Below, one piece after another: positions 8,988 through 18,809 of a stretch of 64,000 nt of DNA; the stretch's first letter is position 1; every line of letters starts with the position of its first letter. Under the pieces are notes generated by a model. It had not been told where the DNA came from, ran no database searches, and saw only the letters and a list, made by a program, of their open reading frames with translations. The translations under genes and the position numbers were made by a program. Source of the stretch: a virus (Duplodnaviria > Caudoviricetes); the IMG/VR virus record IMGVR_UViG_3300031867_000009, positions 32,001 to 96,000 of that record, one strand, 5' to 3'.

Positions 8988-11339
8988 CTACACAACTAAT
9001 AGTCCAATTACTTTTGCATTAGACAGTTTCATTGATTTAGTTCCTTGAGCACCCTTTGAAAGTAGATTTACTTCATTTAAATTGATTTTAATTTGTGCAT
9101 TTGAGGATACTACAATCGTTTCCTGCTCATTAGTAATTGGAGCAAATGAGATTAGTTTATCGTCTGCATCTTTGAGTGAGTGGATTTTGCTTCCTTTAGT
9201 TGCCCTTCCGGTAACTGAGAAATCTTTAGCGGTTGTTCGTTTAATATATCCTTTTTCACTTACGCTTAAATATTCTTTTGTATCAGCTGGAATAGCCTTT
9301 GCAGATACAAGAGAATCACCATCATTAAGGGTAATACCCTTAACTCCCCTTGCTATGCGGCCGATTGGTCGCACATCCTTTGTTTCACACACTACGAACT
9401 GGCCGCGCGCAGTCATCATACCGACTCGTTCTTCATTCACAAAAAGAATTGACACAATTTCATCGTCATTATCTAAGTTTAGAGCCTTAACACCAACTTT
9501 ACGTTTGATGTTATACTCTGAAAGCCTACTTTTCTTTAAAATACCTTTTTTCGTGAAAAAGATTATGTGTTCTTTTTGTTTCTTTTTGTTGAGGAAAACA
9601 AGTTCTTCAATTTTTTCTTGCGCTTGGACTTCAACTATACTTTCAATTGGAACTACCTGTTCGAATGGTAGTTCGGAAGGAGTTATGTGGTAGCAGTTTC
9701 CACGATTGGAGAATAGAAGAACTGTATCGAGATTTGTTCCCGATGCGGTTGCGATTACGTATTCTCCTTTACTCATTTTGAACTTATTACCTACACCGCC
9801 GCGCCTCTGCGTATAGAGAGTTGAGGTGGTTGTTATGTAGATGTTGTTCTGATTGGACAGATTGATGAGGAGTTCCTGCTTTTCAGTAGGCTCTTCATCG
9901 TCCTTTGAGATGTTTAGAATTTGAGTGCGGCGGGCATCACCGAACTTGTCTGCGACTTCTCGCCACCCTTTAATGAGTTGAGCATTAAACTCACTTTCAT
10001 TGTTAATTATATTATAAATGAAATCTCTTTCTTTTTCAAGTTTTGTCTTTTCAGATTTCAGTTTTTCAACTTCAAGGTGAGCAAGACGAGAGAGCTTCAT
10101 ATCTAATATCGCTTTTGTCTGGACTTCATCGAGGTTATACGTCGACATAAGACGCTCGCGCGCCACTGCGGTGGATTCGGATGATTTGATAAGGCGAACG
10201 ACATTATCAATGTCTTCGATTACTTTGAGAAGTCCTTCAATTATGTGGAGTCTATCTTCAATTTTCTTTAAATCAAATTGGAATCCACGCATATATACCT
10301 CTTTTTCGTGGTCGATATGTGCTTGAAGCATTTCTTTCCATGTGAATACTCTTGGAAAGCGACCGTTATCAAGCATTGTAAAGTTAATTGAATAATGAGA
10401 TTGGAGTGAAGTATTTTTATAGAGATATTTTAATACCTTGTTTGGGTTCGCGCGCTTCGTCAGATAGATTTTGATTAGAGGGGTTTTACCAGTAAGGTCA
10501 TTGAATCTATCTACTCCTGGATTTTCTTCTCCATTGATTATATCTTCCAACTCGCCGCAGATTGTGTTGGTATAAACTGAATATGGTATTTCGGTGACCA
10601 CAAAGCAGTTCTCTTTCTTGTCATAATCTACGACGCTACGAAGCTTACAAGCAAAGCCAGTTCCCTTCTTCATTGACTCTTTAACTTCGTCTTCATTAAG
10701 TAATACTGCGCCTGTTGCAAAGTCAGGTGCAATATATATGTCATCGAAACTACATTCTGGATTGAGAAGTAAGTGTTCGAGGGCTTGATTCATTTCTTTT
10801 AAATTATATTGAGGAATTGAGCAAGCCATACCAATTCCAATTCCCATGGCGCCATTACAAACATTGTAATATCCTTTCGTAGGAAGAACAGCCGGATATT
10901 GTTTCGTATTGTCATAACTATCTCTCCATTCATCAATTGTATCTTTATTTATATCAGTAAAAAGCACATTTGATATTTTGGAAAGTCGGCTTTCCGTATA
11001 ACGCATTGCAGCCCAGTTGCCAGATTCGATAAGTGAACCAGCATTACCCTTAACGTCGATGAGTGGATACCTCATCGCAAAAGGTTGACCCGCGCGCATT
11101 ATAACGCCTTCGCATGAGCTGTCGCCATGGATGTAAAAATCTGCCATTGCCATACCAACAGCATTAGCAGTTTTCTTATATGGTTTGTCGTGGGTTAGTT
11201 TATTGAGAAGCATAGAGTAGAAGATTTGACGAGCAGATGGTTTAAGACCATCGCGAACGTCTATGAGTGCTCTGTTCTGTAAAACCGCGCCACTGTATTG
11301 TATAAAACTATCTTCAATAATTGGTTGTAAGTTGCTCAT
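8988..11339 (-). CDS. gyrA: type IIA topoisomerase subunit A (GyrA-like)
   Basis: DGLKPSARQ, HGDSS, AAMRYTE catalytic Tyr, C-terminal beta-pinwheel with GyrA-box-like QRRGGVG. Confidence 0.9.
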   Translation of the reverse strand: MSNLQPIIEDSFIQYSGAVLQNRALIDVRDGLKPSARQIFYSMLLNKLTHDKPYKKTANAVGMAMADFYIHGDSSCEGVIMRAGQPFAMRYPLIDVKGNAGSLIESGNWAAMRYTESRLSKISNVLFTDINKDTIDEWRDSYDNTKQYPAVLPTKGYYNVCNGAMGIGIGMACSIPQYNLKEMNQALEHLLLNPECSFDDIYIAPDFATGAVLLNEDEVKESMKKGTGFACKLRSVVDYDKKENCFVVTEIPYSVYTNTICGELEDIINGEENPGVDRFNDLTGKTPLIKIYLTKRANPNKVLKYLYKNTSLQSHYSINFTMLDNGRFPRVFTWKEMLQAHIDHEKEVYMRGFQFDLKKIEDRLHIIEGLLKVIEDIDNVVRLIKSSESTAVARERLMSTYNLDEVQTKAILDMKLSRLAHLEVEKLKSEKTKLEKERDFIYNIINNESEFNAQLIKGWREVADKFGDARRTQILNISKDDEEPTEKQELLINLSNQNNIYITTTSTLYTQRRGGVGNKFKMSKGEYVIATASGTNLDTVLLFSNRGNCYHITPSELPFEQVVPIESIVEVQAQEKIEELVFLNKKKQKEHIIFFTKKGILKKSRLSEYNIKRKVGVKALNLDNDDEIVSILFVNEERVGMMTARGQFVVCETKDVRPIGRIARGVKGITLNDGDSLVSAKAIPADTKEYLSVSEKGYIKRTTAKDFSVTGRATKGSKIHSLKDADDKLISFAPITNEQETIVVSSNAQIKINLNEVNLLSKGAQGTKSMKLSNAKVIGLLVV

Positions 11340-11535
11340 CTGTTTCCTCTATGTTAAAATTATACCAGTTTTTTATATTGTCTTCTACACTACCTATTTT
11401 TTCTTCAAAAAAGGGTGCTAAAATACGTATTCGTGTTAGCCAACTATTAAATAATAAGGCTTCTTCTTGAGACATTTCTTTTGTATATTTCATGTAGAAA
11501 TCATTTACATAATCGTAATAATCGGTCTTTGTCAT
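11314..11535 (-). CDS. hypothetical protein between gyrB and gyrA
   Basis: 73-aa ORF overlapping both neighbours. Confidence 0.55.
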   Translation of the reverse strand: MTKTDYYDYVNDFYMKYTKEMSQEEALLFNSWLTRIRILAPFFEEKIGSVEDNIKNWYNFNIEETDEQLTTNY

Positions 11536-13394
11536 TCTCTCACCTTACTAAAATCAACTTTCTTCATTATAAAATTTCTTCTTGGTTCTACGTCTTCACT
11601 CATTAAATCATAAAGTAAATCAATTGCTCTATCATTCCATTCCATTACATCAATACGCTGATATTCTTGCGTAAACATTGAGGCTCGCGCGGTCTCTGCG
11701 GGAAGCTCACCAAGTCCTTTGGCACGAGTGACTTCACCTTTAACCTTATTTCTCACTTTATTAAACTCATCATCGGTAAAATAATATGATTCTTTACCTT
11801 TGTTTTCAACGATGTAAAGTGGAGAGCGAAGCCAACAAAGTCTGTCTTCTTTAATGAACTCCGGCGCGAGATATTGTAGTGCTGCCATTATAAGCAGACC
11901 TATGTGCGCGCCGTCGCTATCGGCATCGGTGCAGATTGCGAGACGTCCATAGCGTAGTTTGGAAGGATTATATTTACCTGGAACGATATTCATGGCTGAA
12001 AGAAGAAGTTTGATTTCTTCATTATTGAAGATTTTTTCTTCTGGATTGGAAAGACAGTTGATAATCTTTCCTCTGATAGCTAGTATTCCATATTTGGTAT
12101 AATCTCTTGCCTGAGCCATACCACCCATAGCACTGTTTCCTTCTACCACAAGAAGTGTTGCGTTTGGTCCGAGGAACTCTGCATCTTTAAGTTTATCAGA
12201 AGCAAATACCTTTTTCTTTTGGTTCTTTTCAATTTCCTTCGATGCTTCAAGAACCTGCTTACGTGCCTTTTCTGCGGCACGCTCTGCTTTGAGTTCTTTT
12301 GTGAGCAAATCAATTATTGAATCAAACTCGCCTGGATAGCGTCTGCTAAAATCATCAAGCATCTGTGTAGTGCATCTCTGCGCGAGTCCGCGAAGTTCTG
12401 GGTTTGTAATCTTATTCTTGGTTTGGCCGTCGTATATTGGATTCTTTAAATTAACTGAACAAATATATACTAACCCTGCGCGCACTACATCACCAGAACC
12501 TAAATCTTTAACTTTCTTTTTGAAGAAATTAGTAAGTGCAGTTTTAATACCTGTTATTGGAGTGCCGCCATTCTCGTTTTCACCACCGTTTGAAAAAAGA
12601 TAAAATTTTTCTCTACCGGTAGTCCAATTAAGTATGATTTCTATATCAATATCATCTTCAGTAGTTTGTATATGAATTGGATGCTTGTGAATTCGTTTAG
12701 GAACCTTCGTATCGGCAAAATCCATAAGTCCATTTTTGCTGATATAACTTTTCTTTTCTTTTGTTTCTGCATTAGAAACAATAAACTCAACACCCCTATT
12801 GAAATATGAATACTCTTCTATTATACTACAAATCTCATTGAAGTCAAAATGTATTGGTTCAGCATTAAAAACTTCTTGACTTGGCTTATAAACAATATAT
12901 GTTCCATTTGGACATCCAAGTGGTAATGGTTTTTGTTGGCATTTATTCCATTTTGGAACGCCCTGATAAAATTCCATATACCATTCAGCATTATCACGAT
13001 AACTTGATATTTTAAACCAATCTGATGAACAACATGTCGCGGCACTGCCCGTTCCATTGAGTCCGCGGGATTTGCCACCATAAGCGTTGTCATCAAATTT
13101 TGCGCCCGAGTGGTTCTCGGTTAGAAGATTTATCATTACTTCATTAGAGAAGTCGTTTGGCCCATGCGGCATGCCACGTCCATAGTCGCGACAACTTGCC
13201 CAATCTGGACCAACTTCTATTTCAATTTTTGTCGCCGTAGGACATACCAATGCTTCATCGGTTGCGTTGTTTACCAATTCTAAAAGCCCCGCAATTACTC
13301 CCGTGTGGTCTGCGGAGCCAAGATAAATACCGATTCTTTTTCTAACACCCTCTCTAAATGTTAATTGTTCAACAGATTGAGCGTTATACTCCAT
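11532..13394 (-). CDS. gyrB: type IIA topoisomerase subunit B (GyrB-like)
   Basis: GHKL motifs ELVNNATDE, DYGRGMP, HSGAKF; TOPRIM VEGNSA, RGKIIN, TDADSDG, KGLGE. Confidence 0.9.
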   Translation of the reverse strand: MEYNAQSVEQLTFREGVRKRIGIYLGSADHTGVIAGLLELVNNATDEALVCPTATKIEIEVGPDWASCRDYGRGMPHGPNDFSNEVMINLLTENHSGAKFDDNAYGGKSRGLNGTGSAATCCSSDWFKISSYRDNAEWYMEFYQGVPKWNKCQQKPLPLGCPNGTYIVYKPSQEVFNAEPIHFDFNEICSIIEEYSYFNRGVEFIVSNAETKEKKSYISKNGLMDFADTKVPKRIHKHPIHIQTTEDDIDIEIILNWTTGREKFYLFSNGGENENGGTPITGIKTALTNFFKKKVKDLGSGDVVRAGLVYICSVNLKNPIYDGQTKNKITNPELRGLAQRCTTQMLDDFSRRYPGEFDSIIDLLTKELKAERAAEKARKQVLEASKEIEKNQKKKVFASDKLKDAEFLGPNATLLVVEGNSAMGGMAQARDYTKYGILAIRGKIINCLSNPEEKIFNNEEIKLLLSAMNIVPGKYNPSKLRYGRLAICTDADSDGAHIGLLIMAALQYLAPEFIKEDRLCWLRSPLYIVENKGKESYYFTDDEFNKVRNKVKGEVTRAKGLGELPAETARASMFTQEYQRIDVMEWNDRAIDLLYDLMSEDVEPRRNFIMKKVDFSKVRE

Positions 13395-14115
13395 ATATTT
13401 TCTCCTTTAATTCTTCCCAAGTTATATTATGATTTTTTTTATAATACATTTTTTCTAAATGAATATTGTGTTCTTTACAATATTCTTCTTTTTGTTTATC
13501 GTGTTTAATTAAATCTTCTGAATAAAATCCATTTGATGGTTGTGTATGTTGTTCTCCTTGAAATTCTAAAAGACATAATAATTTATTGTTTTCAAATATT
13601 GCGAAGTCAAATCTTAATGCTAATTGGTCTTTTAAATCATCAAAAATGTATTCTTGCTGAAAAACAATATTATGTTCTTTTAATAGTTGAGCAATTTGAA
13701 ACTCGCCTTTTGACCGCATACAACCACAACTTGTAGTATCTCCATATGCTAAATACTGATGCTGAATTTCACAATAGTTTCCACAATCACATAAGCATTT
13801 ATATAATCTACTACGTTTTCCATTGGGGTGAGTAATAAAACCTACTTCTTCTAATACTGTAAGCTTACCAAAACGCTGTCCTACTAACGAACCAGCACGC
13901 TTCATATTTGACTCGGCCGCGCGTCTACGTTGATAACATCCGCATGATTTAGTATTGCCATTACGCAGACTTTTACCAAGCACATCAATTTCATTGCCAC
14001 AAGAACAACGACAATGCCACATTGCCCTACCGTTTTTAGTATTTTCTGCTCTATATAATATGGTTAATTCACCATATTGTTTTCCTGTTTCGTCTATAAA
14101 ATTATGATTTGGCAT
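13384..14115 (-). CDS. free-standing putative homing endonuclease, paralog of 215..1099
   Basis: two G.LT...C.C.CG..SCGC repeats + SKGE/RFDF/EFQGEQH nuclease motifs. Confidence 0.75.
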   Translation of the reverse strand: MPNHNFIDETGKQYGELTILYRAENTKNGRAMWHCRCSCGNEIDVLGKSLRNGNTKSCGCYQRRRAAESNMKRAGSLVGQRFGKLTVLEEVGFITHPNGKRSRLYKCLCDCGNYCEIQHQYLAYGDTTSCGCMRSKGEFQIAQLLKEHNIVFQQEYIFDDLKDQLALRFDFAIFENNKLLCLLEFQGEQHTQPSNGFYSEDLIKHDKQKEEYCKEHNIHLEKMYYKKNHNITWEELKEKIYGV

Positions 14116-14178
14116 ATTAATCCTCCATTTATTTCCTTCTAATTATAAGTAGCAGGACTAAATGGATAGTCAATAGAT

Positions 14179-14361
14179 TTAGTCCGGTAAATCCTCTTTT
14201 TTAATTAGTATATCTTTGTCATATGCATTGATATGGACTTCAGTTACGTATGAATCTTCAATACATAATGACGATTCAATTTCTGCTTCGGACGACATTG
14301 TAAATGTAACATTTTGTCCGCAATAGTTTTCAATTGTAATTTTAATTGGATTTTCTTCCAT
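14179..14361 (-). CDS. hypothetical protein
   Basis: start re-assigned to ATG after AAGGA SD within the 14179..14463 ORF. Confidence 0.45.
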   Translation of the reverse strand: MEENPIKITIENYCGQNVTFTMSSEAEIESSLCIEDSYVTEVHINAYDKDILIKKEDLPD

Positions 14362-14465
14362 AGTCAAATTTTCCTTATAATTAATTTGTATAGATTGCAA
14401 CATTAATTTAAAACATATATATAAGAATATGCTTAATATTGATATTGAAATAATTTCTTTCATAG

Positions 14466-14741
14466 TTAAATTTTCTTTATTTTTAATAAAAGTTTATCAT
14501 CTGAAGAATAATATAGTGGTAATTGCATTGTCAATTTATAATTCATACATTCATAATATTTATATCTATCAATAAACGGTATATAATCTGGATATAACTC
14601 ATCAGCTGTAAGTTGAATATATCCATCTCTTGTTTTCGGTATTTCATACAACAGTGTTTCTCCATTAGAAAAAGTGCATTTAATTTCTGCTTTTTCTATG
14701 GTTGAAAATGTATTAATTACTTTGTCTTCTTTTATGTACAT
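14466..14741 (-). CDS. hypothetical protein
   Basis: 91-aa ORF in small-gene run. Confidence 0.55.
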   Translation of the reverse strand: MYIKEDKVINTFSTIEKAEIKCTFSNGETLLYEIPKTRDGYIQLTADELYPDYIPFIDRYKYYECMNYKLTMQLPLYYSSDDKLLLKIKKI

Positions 14742-14917
14742 TTTTTATTTTCCTTTTTAACTGTTTTTTCCACTATACGTGCTACTATACATGGAGGGTC
14801 GTCCTCATGTGGAGGAACCGCTATATGAGTTTTCCAAAATTCTTCCATATATGTATCTATTTCTTCAAAATGATATTCATCATTTATATCTGTTTCAAAA
14901 TGGGGTATCTTCATCAA
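14732..14917 (-). CDS. hypothetical protein
   Basis: 61-aa ORF in small-gene run. Confidence 0.5.
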   Translation of the reverse strand: MMKIPHFETDINDEYHFEEIDTYMEEFWKTHIAVPPHEDDPPCIVARIVEKTVKKENKKCT

Positions 14918-15122
14918 TTAAATCTCCTGCAATTGAAGTTCGTATATTGACTGGCCCAAGTGATTCAATTGATACGTTTGGGGGCACATATTTATGCGCC
15001 GGCCGCCATCTCCATGCACCCGCAGACCAGACGAGGAAATAAGTCTGATGAAAAGTATCGTTATAATCAACCGCAAGGATTGTTTCGATGTTGCCGTTGT
15101 CAATTCGTTTTGCTTTGAACAT
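14895..15122 (-). CDS. hypothetical protein
   Basis: 75-aa ORF with GAGG SD. Confidence 0.6.
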   Translation of the reverse strand: MFKAKRIDNGNIETILAVDYNDTFHQTYFLVWSAGAWRWRPAHKYVPPNVSIESLGPVNIRTSIAGDLIDEDTPF

Positions 15123-15292
15123 TAGCCAATTACCTCAAATTCATCTACTCCTGGAATTAACGCACATCCACCCCATGAACCATGGATTTGTCCCATATCA
15201 TCAATAGAATAAACTTCTCCTACTTTGTCTGTATAGTCTGGCTCACCATCCATATAGATTATTCTAATTTTATCACATATTTTAACTTCCAT
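15122..15292 (-). CDS. DUF4314-like small protein (not in ORF track)
   Basis: manual translation MEVKICDKIRIIYMDGEPDYTDKVGEVYSIDDMGQIHGSWGGCALIPGVDEFEVIG; AAGGAG SD. Confidence 0.65.
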   Translation of the reverse strand: MEVKICDKIRIIYMDGEPDYTDKVGEVYSIDDMGQIHGSWGGCALIPGVDEFEVIG

Positions 15293-15322
15293 TTGTATAA
15301 ACTCCTTTCTTATTCTATTATA

Positions 15323-15351
15323 ATTATATCATATTTCAATGAAAAAAGCAA
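15323..15351 (-). promoter_or_regulatory. sigmaA-type promoter (leftward)
   Basis: aaatTTGCTT-17-TATAAT with extended TG. Confidence 0.7.
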
Positions 15352-15391
15352 ATTTACATTTCTTTACGCACACTCGCGCGGGCGCTATGGA

Positions 15392-15420
15392 TTGACCGAA
15401 TAAAGCATCCATGATATAAT
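15392..15420 (+). promoter_or_regulatory. sigmaA-type promoter (rightward)
   Basis: TTGACC-17-TATAAT with extended TG. Confidence 0.65.
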
Positions 15421-15515
15421 TTTATGCTGGGCCGCGCTTCTACGTAGAGCGTAGACGAAAAAACTACTTATATAAGAGAATTAACAAACGTGGTTGACAA
15501 TTTAGGAGGATATAA

Positions 15516-16178
15516 ATGGATTTAAATGAATATATAAGACAGTCATATAAGCGTCCGAATAGAAAAGTTTTAGAGACGCTTGGAGCGAGTGAGGATTTGA
15601 TTGAGTATTTAATGGAGACACCGGGGAATACGAACTGGAATGTACTTAAAAAGTTAAATAATATAAACGATGATGATGATTGGACTATAATTAGACTAAA
15701 TACAATTGAGGTTGAAGAAGGCAATTATCAAATTTTTACCGATAATTTAGTTGATGTAAATAATTTTAAAACTTTATTAACTTTAGAGCATCCTATTATT
15801 CAGGTTAAATATTCAATACATTCTAGTTATATTGAGACAAGCTCAGAATTGGGTATAGGTACAATATTAGAAGATAAAAAATTTATGGGTGACTTATTCC
15901 TTGAATTAAATATTTATAAAATGTCTGAAGACTCTGAAATTGTGGCTTTTGCTTTGCCGGTAATAAATACAAGTGATTATATAGAAATTAAATATAAAAC
16001 AACAGATTCTTATCATATAATTAATTTTAGAGATTCTTGTTATATATATATGACTTCAGGTGAAAAATGGAGGATTCCTTCTATTCTTGAAGCCTCACTA
16101 ACGGATGGAATTAATGTATATGCTCCTGGTGATATTATTACAGTAAATTCAGATATGCATCTTAATACAGTAGAATAA
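15516..16178 (+). CDS. hypothetical protein (lone plus-strand gene)
   Basis: 220-aa ORF with AGGAGG SD, own promoter and terminator. Confidence 0.75.
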   Translation: MDLNEYIRQSYKRPNRKVLETLGASEDLIEYLMETPGNTNWNVLKKLNNINDDDDWTIIRLNTIEVEEGNYQIFTDNLVDVNNFKTLLTLEHPIIQVKYSIHSSYIETSSELGIGTILEDKKFMGDLFLELNIYKMSEDSEIVAFALPVINTSDYIEIKYKTTDSYHIINFRDSCYIYMTSGEKWRIPSILEASLTDGINVYAPGDIITVNSDMHLNTVE

Positions 16179-16229
16179 ATTAAATAGGAATATAATATAA
16201 TTAATTTAATTAATTAAAATAGCCAATTT

Positions 16230-16256
16230 AAAAGACGGGATTAACCCGTCTTTTTT
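16230..16256. terminator. bidirectional intrinsic terminator
   Basis: aaaagacggg-attaa-cccgtctttttt between convergent genes. Confidence 0.85.
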
Positions 16257-16261
16257 ATTGT

Positions 16262-16474
16262 CTATTCATGTTCAAAAGTTATTCTTTCAATTGTAAATCC
16301 ATCATCATTTAATAATACAACTGAATGTTTTTCTACGTTTGAAATTGCTGCGGCTGCAGCGACAGTATAAAATTTATGTTGTGCATCTTGTAAAGTTTCA
16401 TGAGCACTTACAATATTACCCATTTGATTTCCATTTCTTTGTAATTCTACAACAATAAATAATTGATTATCCAT
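16262..16474 (-). CDS. hypothetical protein
   Basis: 70-aa ORF, GGAGG SD. Confidence 0.7.
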   Translation of the reverse strand: MDNQLFIVVELQRNGNQMGNIVSAHETLQDAQHKFYTVAAAAAISNVEKHSVVLLNDDGFTIERITFEHE

Positions 16475-16484
16475 TTAAATCCTC

Positions 16485-17558
16485 CTACTCCCAGTTAACC
16501 ACTCTACTTTTCTTTTTCTTCTTTGGTGGTGTTTTTGCCCATATAAGAAAGTCTTTCGCGCGAGTAGCTGATACATAGCACAGCCGCGCTTCATCATCAT
16601 TATATGCTCTTATATTATATGAAAGAATATAAGGTGCTTCCATTCCTTTTGCAGAATGGACAGTTAAGATTTTAACTGTATTTTCTTTCAATCTATCCTG
16701 TATCTGTGCATTAGTCAATTCCGATTGTTTAAATGTATCTGTTGGAATACCCTTAGCTGCAAATAATTGTTGAAATAAAGCTATATCACTATTTGTCCTA
16801 CATAATACAAACCAATCTCCCCATTGTGTATGAAGTCGGTCTGCCGCGAGCATAAGTGAAGCAACTGCTTCAGAAGGTGTATAAGTTCCTTCTAATACGT
16901 GCGGCTTGCCATCGGTTTTCCTCATAGGAATTGAGTCATCATCATAATCTGGACCAAGTCGGTAAAGAAATTTTTTCGCAAAATTAAGTATGTCTGGTAG
17001 ATTGCGGAAGTTCTGCCTCATTTGGTAGACAGATACATCATTTTGATACCATAGGTTAATAAGGTATTCTGGATAAGAGCCATTGAATCCATAAATTGAT
17101 TGTTTAATGTCTCCTACATACATGAAGTTTGTTGGATTGATGAGTTCAAAGAATTCAAATTGATCCATTGTTGAATCTTGTGCTTCATCAAGTAGTAGGT
17201 GTTCTACATGCTTAATACACTCTGGATTCTTTTTAATCTCCTCAAATAAGTCATCAAACCTTTCTTCATTTAAAATCTTAGTAGTGTCTACTGCACCACC
17301 GCGTAAAAGATAATTGCAATAAGAATGAACTGTTCCAATGAATAATCCATTTGGATAACCTAACCTCTCATACATAACTGATGCTGCATTGTTCGTGAAA
17401 GTAATAGCTACAATCTCTGATGGGTCTACACCTTGTTCAAGTAAATAGCGTATCCTCTCTACAATTACCGCACTTTTACCACTTGCCGCGCTACTTAATA
17501 CAAGCACCTTTGGTTTGTCTGTTGTAATAATTTGTTTTTGCATTTCTGTGAATTGCAT
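16485..17558 (-). CDS. compact UvrD/Rep-like SF1 helicase
   Basis: AASGKS, AITFTN, DEAQD, VGDIKQSIY, QNFR, TVHSAKGME, YVSATRA. Confidence 0.9.
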   Translation of the reverse strand: MQFTEMQKQIITTDKPKVLVLSSAASGKSAVIVERIRYLLEQGVDPSEIVAITFTNNAASVMYERLGYPNGLFIGTVHSYCNYLLRGGAVDTTKILNEERFDDLFEEIKKNPECIKHVEHLLLDEAQDSTMDQFEFFELINPTNFMYVGDIKQSIYGFNGSYPEYLINLWYQNDVSVYQMRQNFRNLPDILNFAKKFLYRLGPDYDDDSIPMRKTDGKPHVLEGTYTPSEAVASLMLAADRLHTQWGDWFVLCRTNSDIALFQQLFAAKGIPTDTFKQSELTNAQIQDRLKENTVKILTVHSAKGMEAPYILSYNIRAYNDDEARLCYVSATRAKDFLIWAKTPPKKKKKSRVVNWE

Positions 17559-17602
17559 TTTTGCCTCCTTACCCTGTCGGGCCTTGCTGTCGCAAGATTA
17601 TT

Positions 17603-18685
17603 TTATTTATTCTTATCTCCGGTGACGGAGTTAAGTCCGTAAGTTTTTGAATCGTAGAAATCAATATAATATGATTCACGTTCTCTCAATTTGTCTTTTG
17701 GAACTACTTCTAATAGTTCAAAAGTAAAGTTTTCACACCCATCAGCTGCCATTACGCGATGAAGTTGAGAAGAAGCTAATGCTCCGACTCCTAAGGCTGA
17801 TTTAACGTGTTCTTGCCAGCGCTTATCAACTGATGTTGTTTGTCCTATATATATCTCATTGGTTTTTAATCGTGTAATTTTGTAGACGCCGCTTACATCG
17901 CCGTTTGTAAGAATGCGTTTACGAAGTTCTGCGAGTGGTTTTTGATAGTAGCCAGTCCATATGACTTTGTTAATTGCTTCTGGATGGCGTAAGCGTGGAG
18001 TTATTGAGCGAAGTAATTCAATATCGTTTGAGTCATCTGGGTTAAGTTGTATTCTGAAAAAGTCTTGTTGTTCCTCAAGTTTTTTCTGACGTAGAATCTC
18101 TTCATTGATGGCGGCGCGCTTATTTCGTTCTTCTTCAAGTTGACTTGTTAGTTCTGTTAATTCATCTAACTTATCTTGCTTTACTTCAGCAAGTTTAGAA
18201 AGTTCTTGATTAAAAGCATCTGTCCAATAAGAGCGATATTGGTCAAGTTCATTTTTAATAATTAATTGTTTATGTTCTTCGTATTCTGCGGCCGCGCTAT
18301 CAATTTCTTTTATTTTACCTTGACGGTATAAGTCTAAATCTTGATTTACTTCATTATATCGCTTTTCTTTTTCAGCAAGGATTGTTTCATATTTTTGAAT
18401 TTCATTATCTAAAGTAGATAGTTGCATATGATGTTTTTGAAAAGCTCCTTGCCACTCTTTTTCTAATCCATCGGTTTTAATTTTTAATTTATCTTTTAAT
18501 TGTTTTTCTTCTTGCTTCCACTCTTCTTCAAAGTAGTTTTTTATCTCTTCCTTTCTTAATGTTTCTAATTTATGCTTATCAAATACTAATTTTTCTGCTA
18601 ATTCTTTTTTCTTTTTATATTGTAAATATAATATAATAATTAAAATAACGCTTAAAAGAAGAGTGATTAATAAATATAATTCCAT
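17603..18685 (-). CDS. membrane-anchored coiled-coil protein with C-terminal GIY-YIG domain
   Basis: N-terminal hydrophobic helix, long E/K/Q coiled coil, GVYKIT...IYIGQT..KRWQEH...RERE..GLN. Confidence 0.75.
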   Translation of the reverse strand: MELYLLITLLLSVILIIILYLQYKKKKELAEKLVFDKHKLETLRKEEIKNYFEEEWKQEEKQLKDKLKIKTDGLEKEWQGAFQKHHMQLSTLDNEIQKYETILAEKEKRYNEVNQDLDLYRQGKIKEIDSAAAEYEEHKQLIIKNELDQYRSYWTDAFNQELSKLAEVKQDKLDELTELTSQLEEERNKRAAINEEILRQKKLEEQQDFFRIQLNPDDSNDIELLRSITPRLRHPEAINKVIWTGYYQKPLAELRKRILTNGDVSGVYKITRLKTNEIYIGQTTSVDKRWQEHVKSALGVGALASSQLHRVMAADGCENFTFELLEVVPKDKLRERESYYIDFYDSKTYGLNSVTGDKNK

Positions 18686-18779
18686 ATTAATCTCCCTTAA
18701 ATTTTAAAGTAAAAATACACACTAATAATAAATAATGTGTATAATTACTTTAATTTTTTTGTTTTTCTCTTTCTATTAT

Positions 18780-18809
18780 ATTATATCAAGTTTAGCGTCT
18801 TTTTGTCAA
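18780..18809 (-). promoter_or_regulatory. sigmaA-type promoter
   Basis: aaatTTGACA-18-TATAAT with extended TG. Confidence 0.75.

Noticed and set aside
7624-9693. Long plus-strand shadow ORFs opposite SSB, wHTH and gyrA (and similar ones opposite fibre genes, e.g. 40672..41535)
   Set aside because: Antisense by-products of codon bias in real genes
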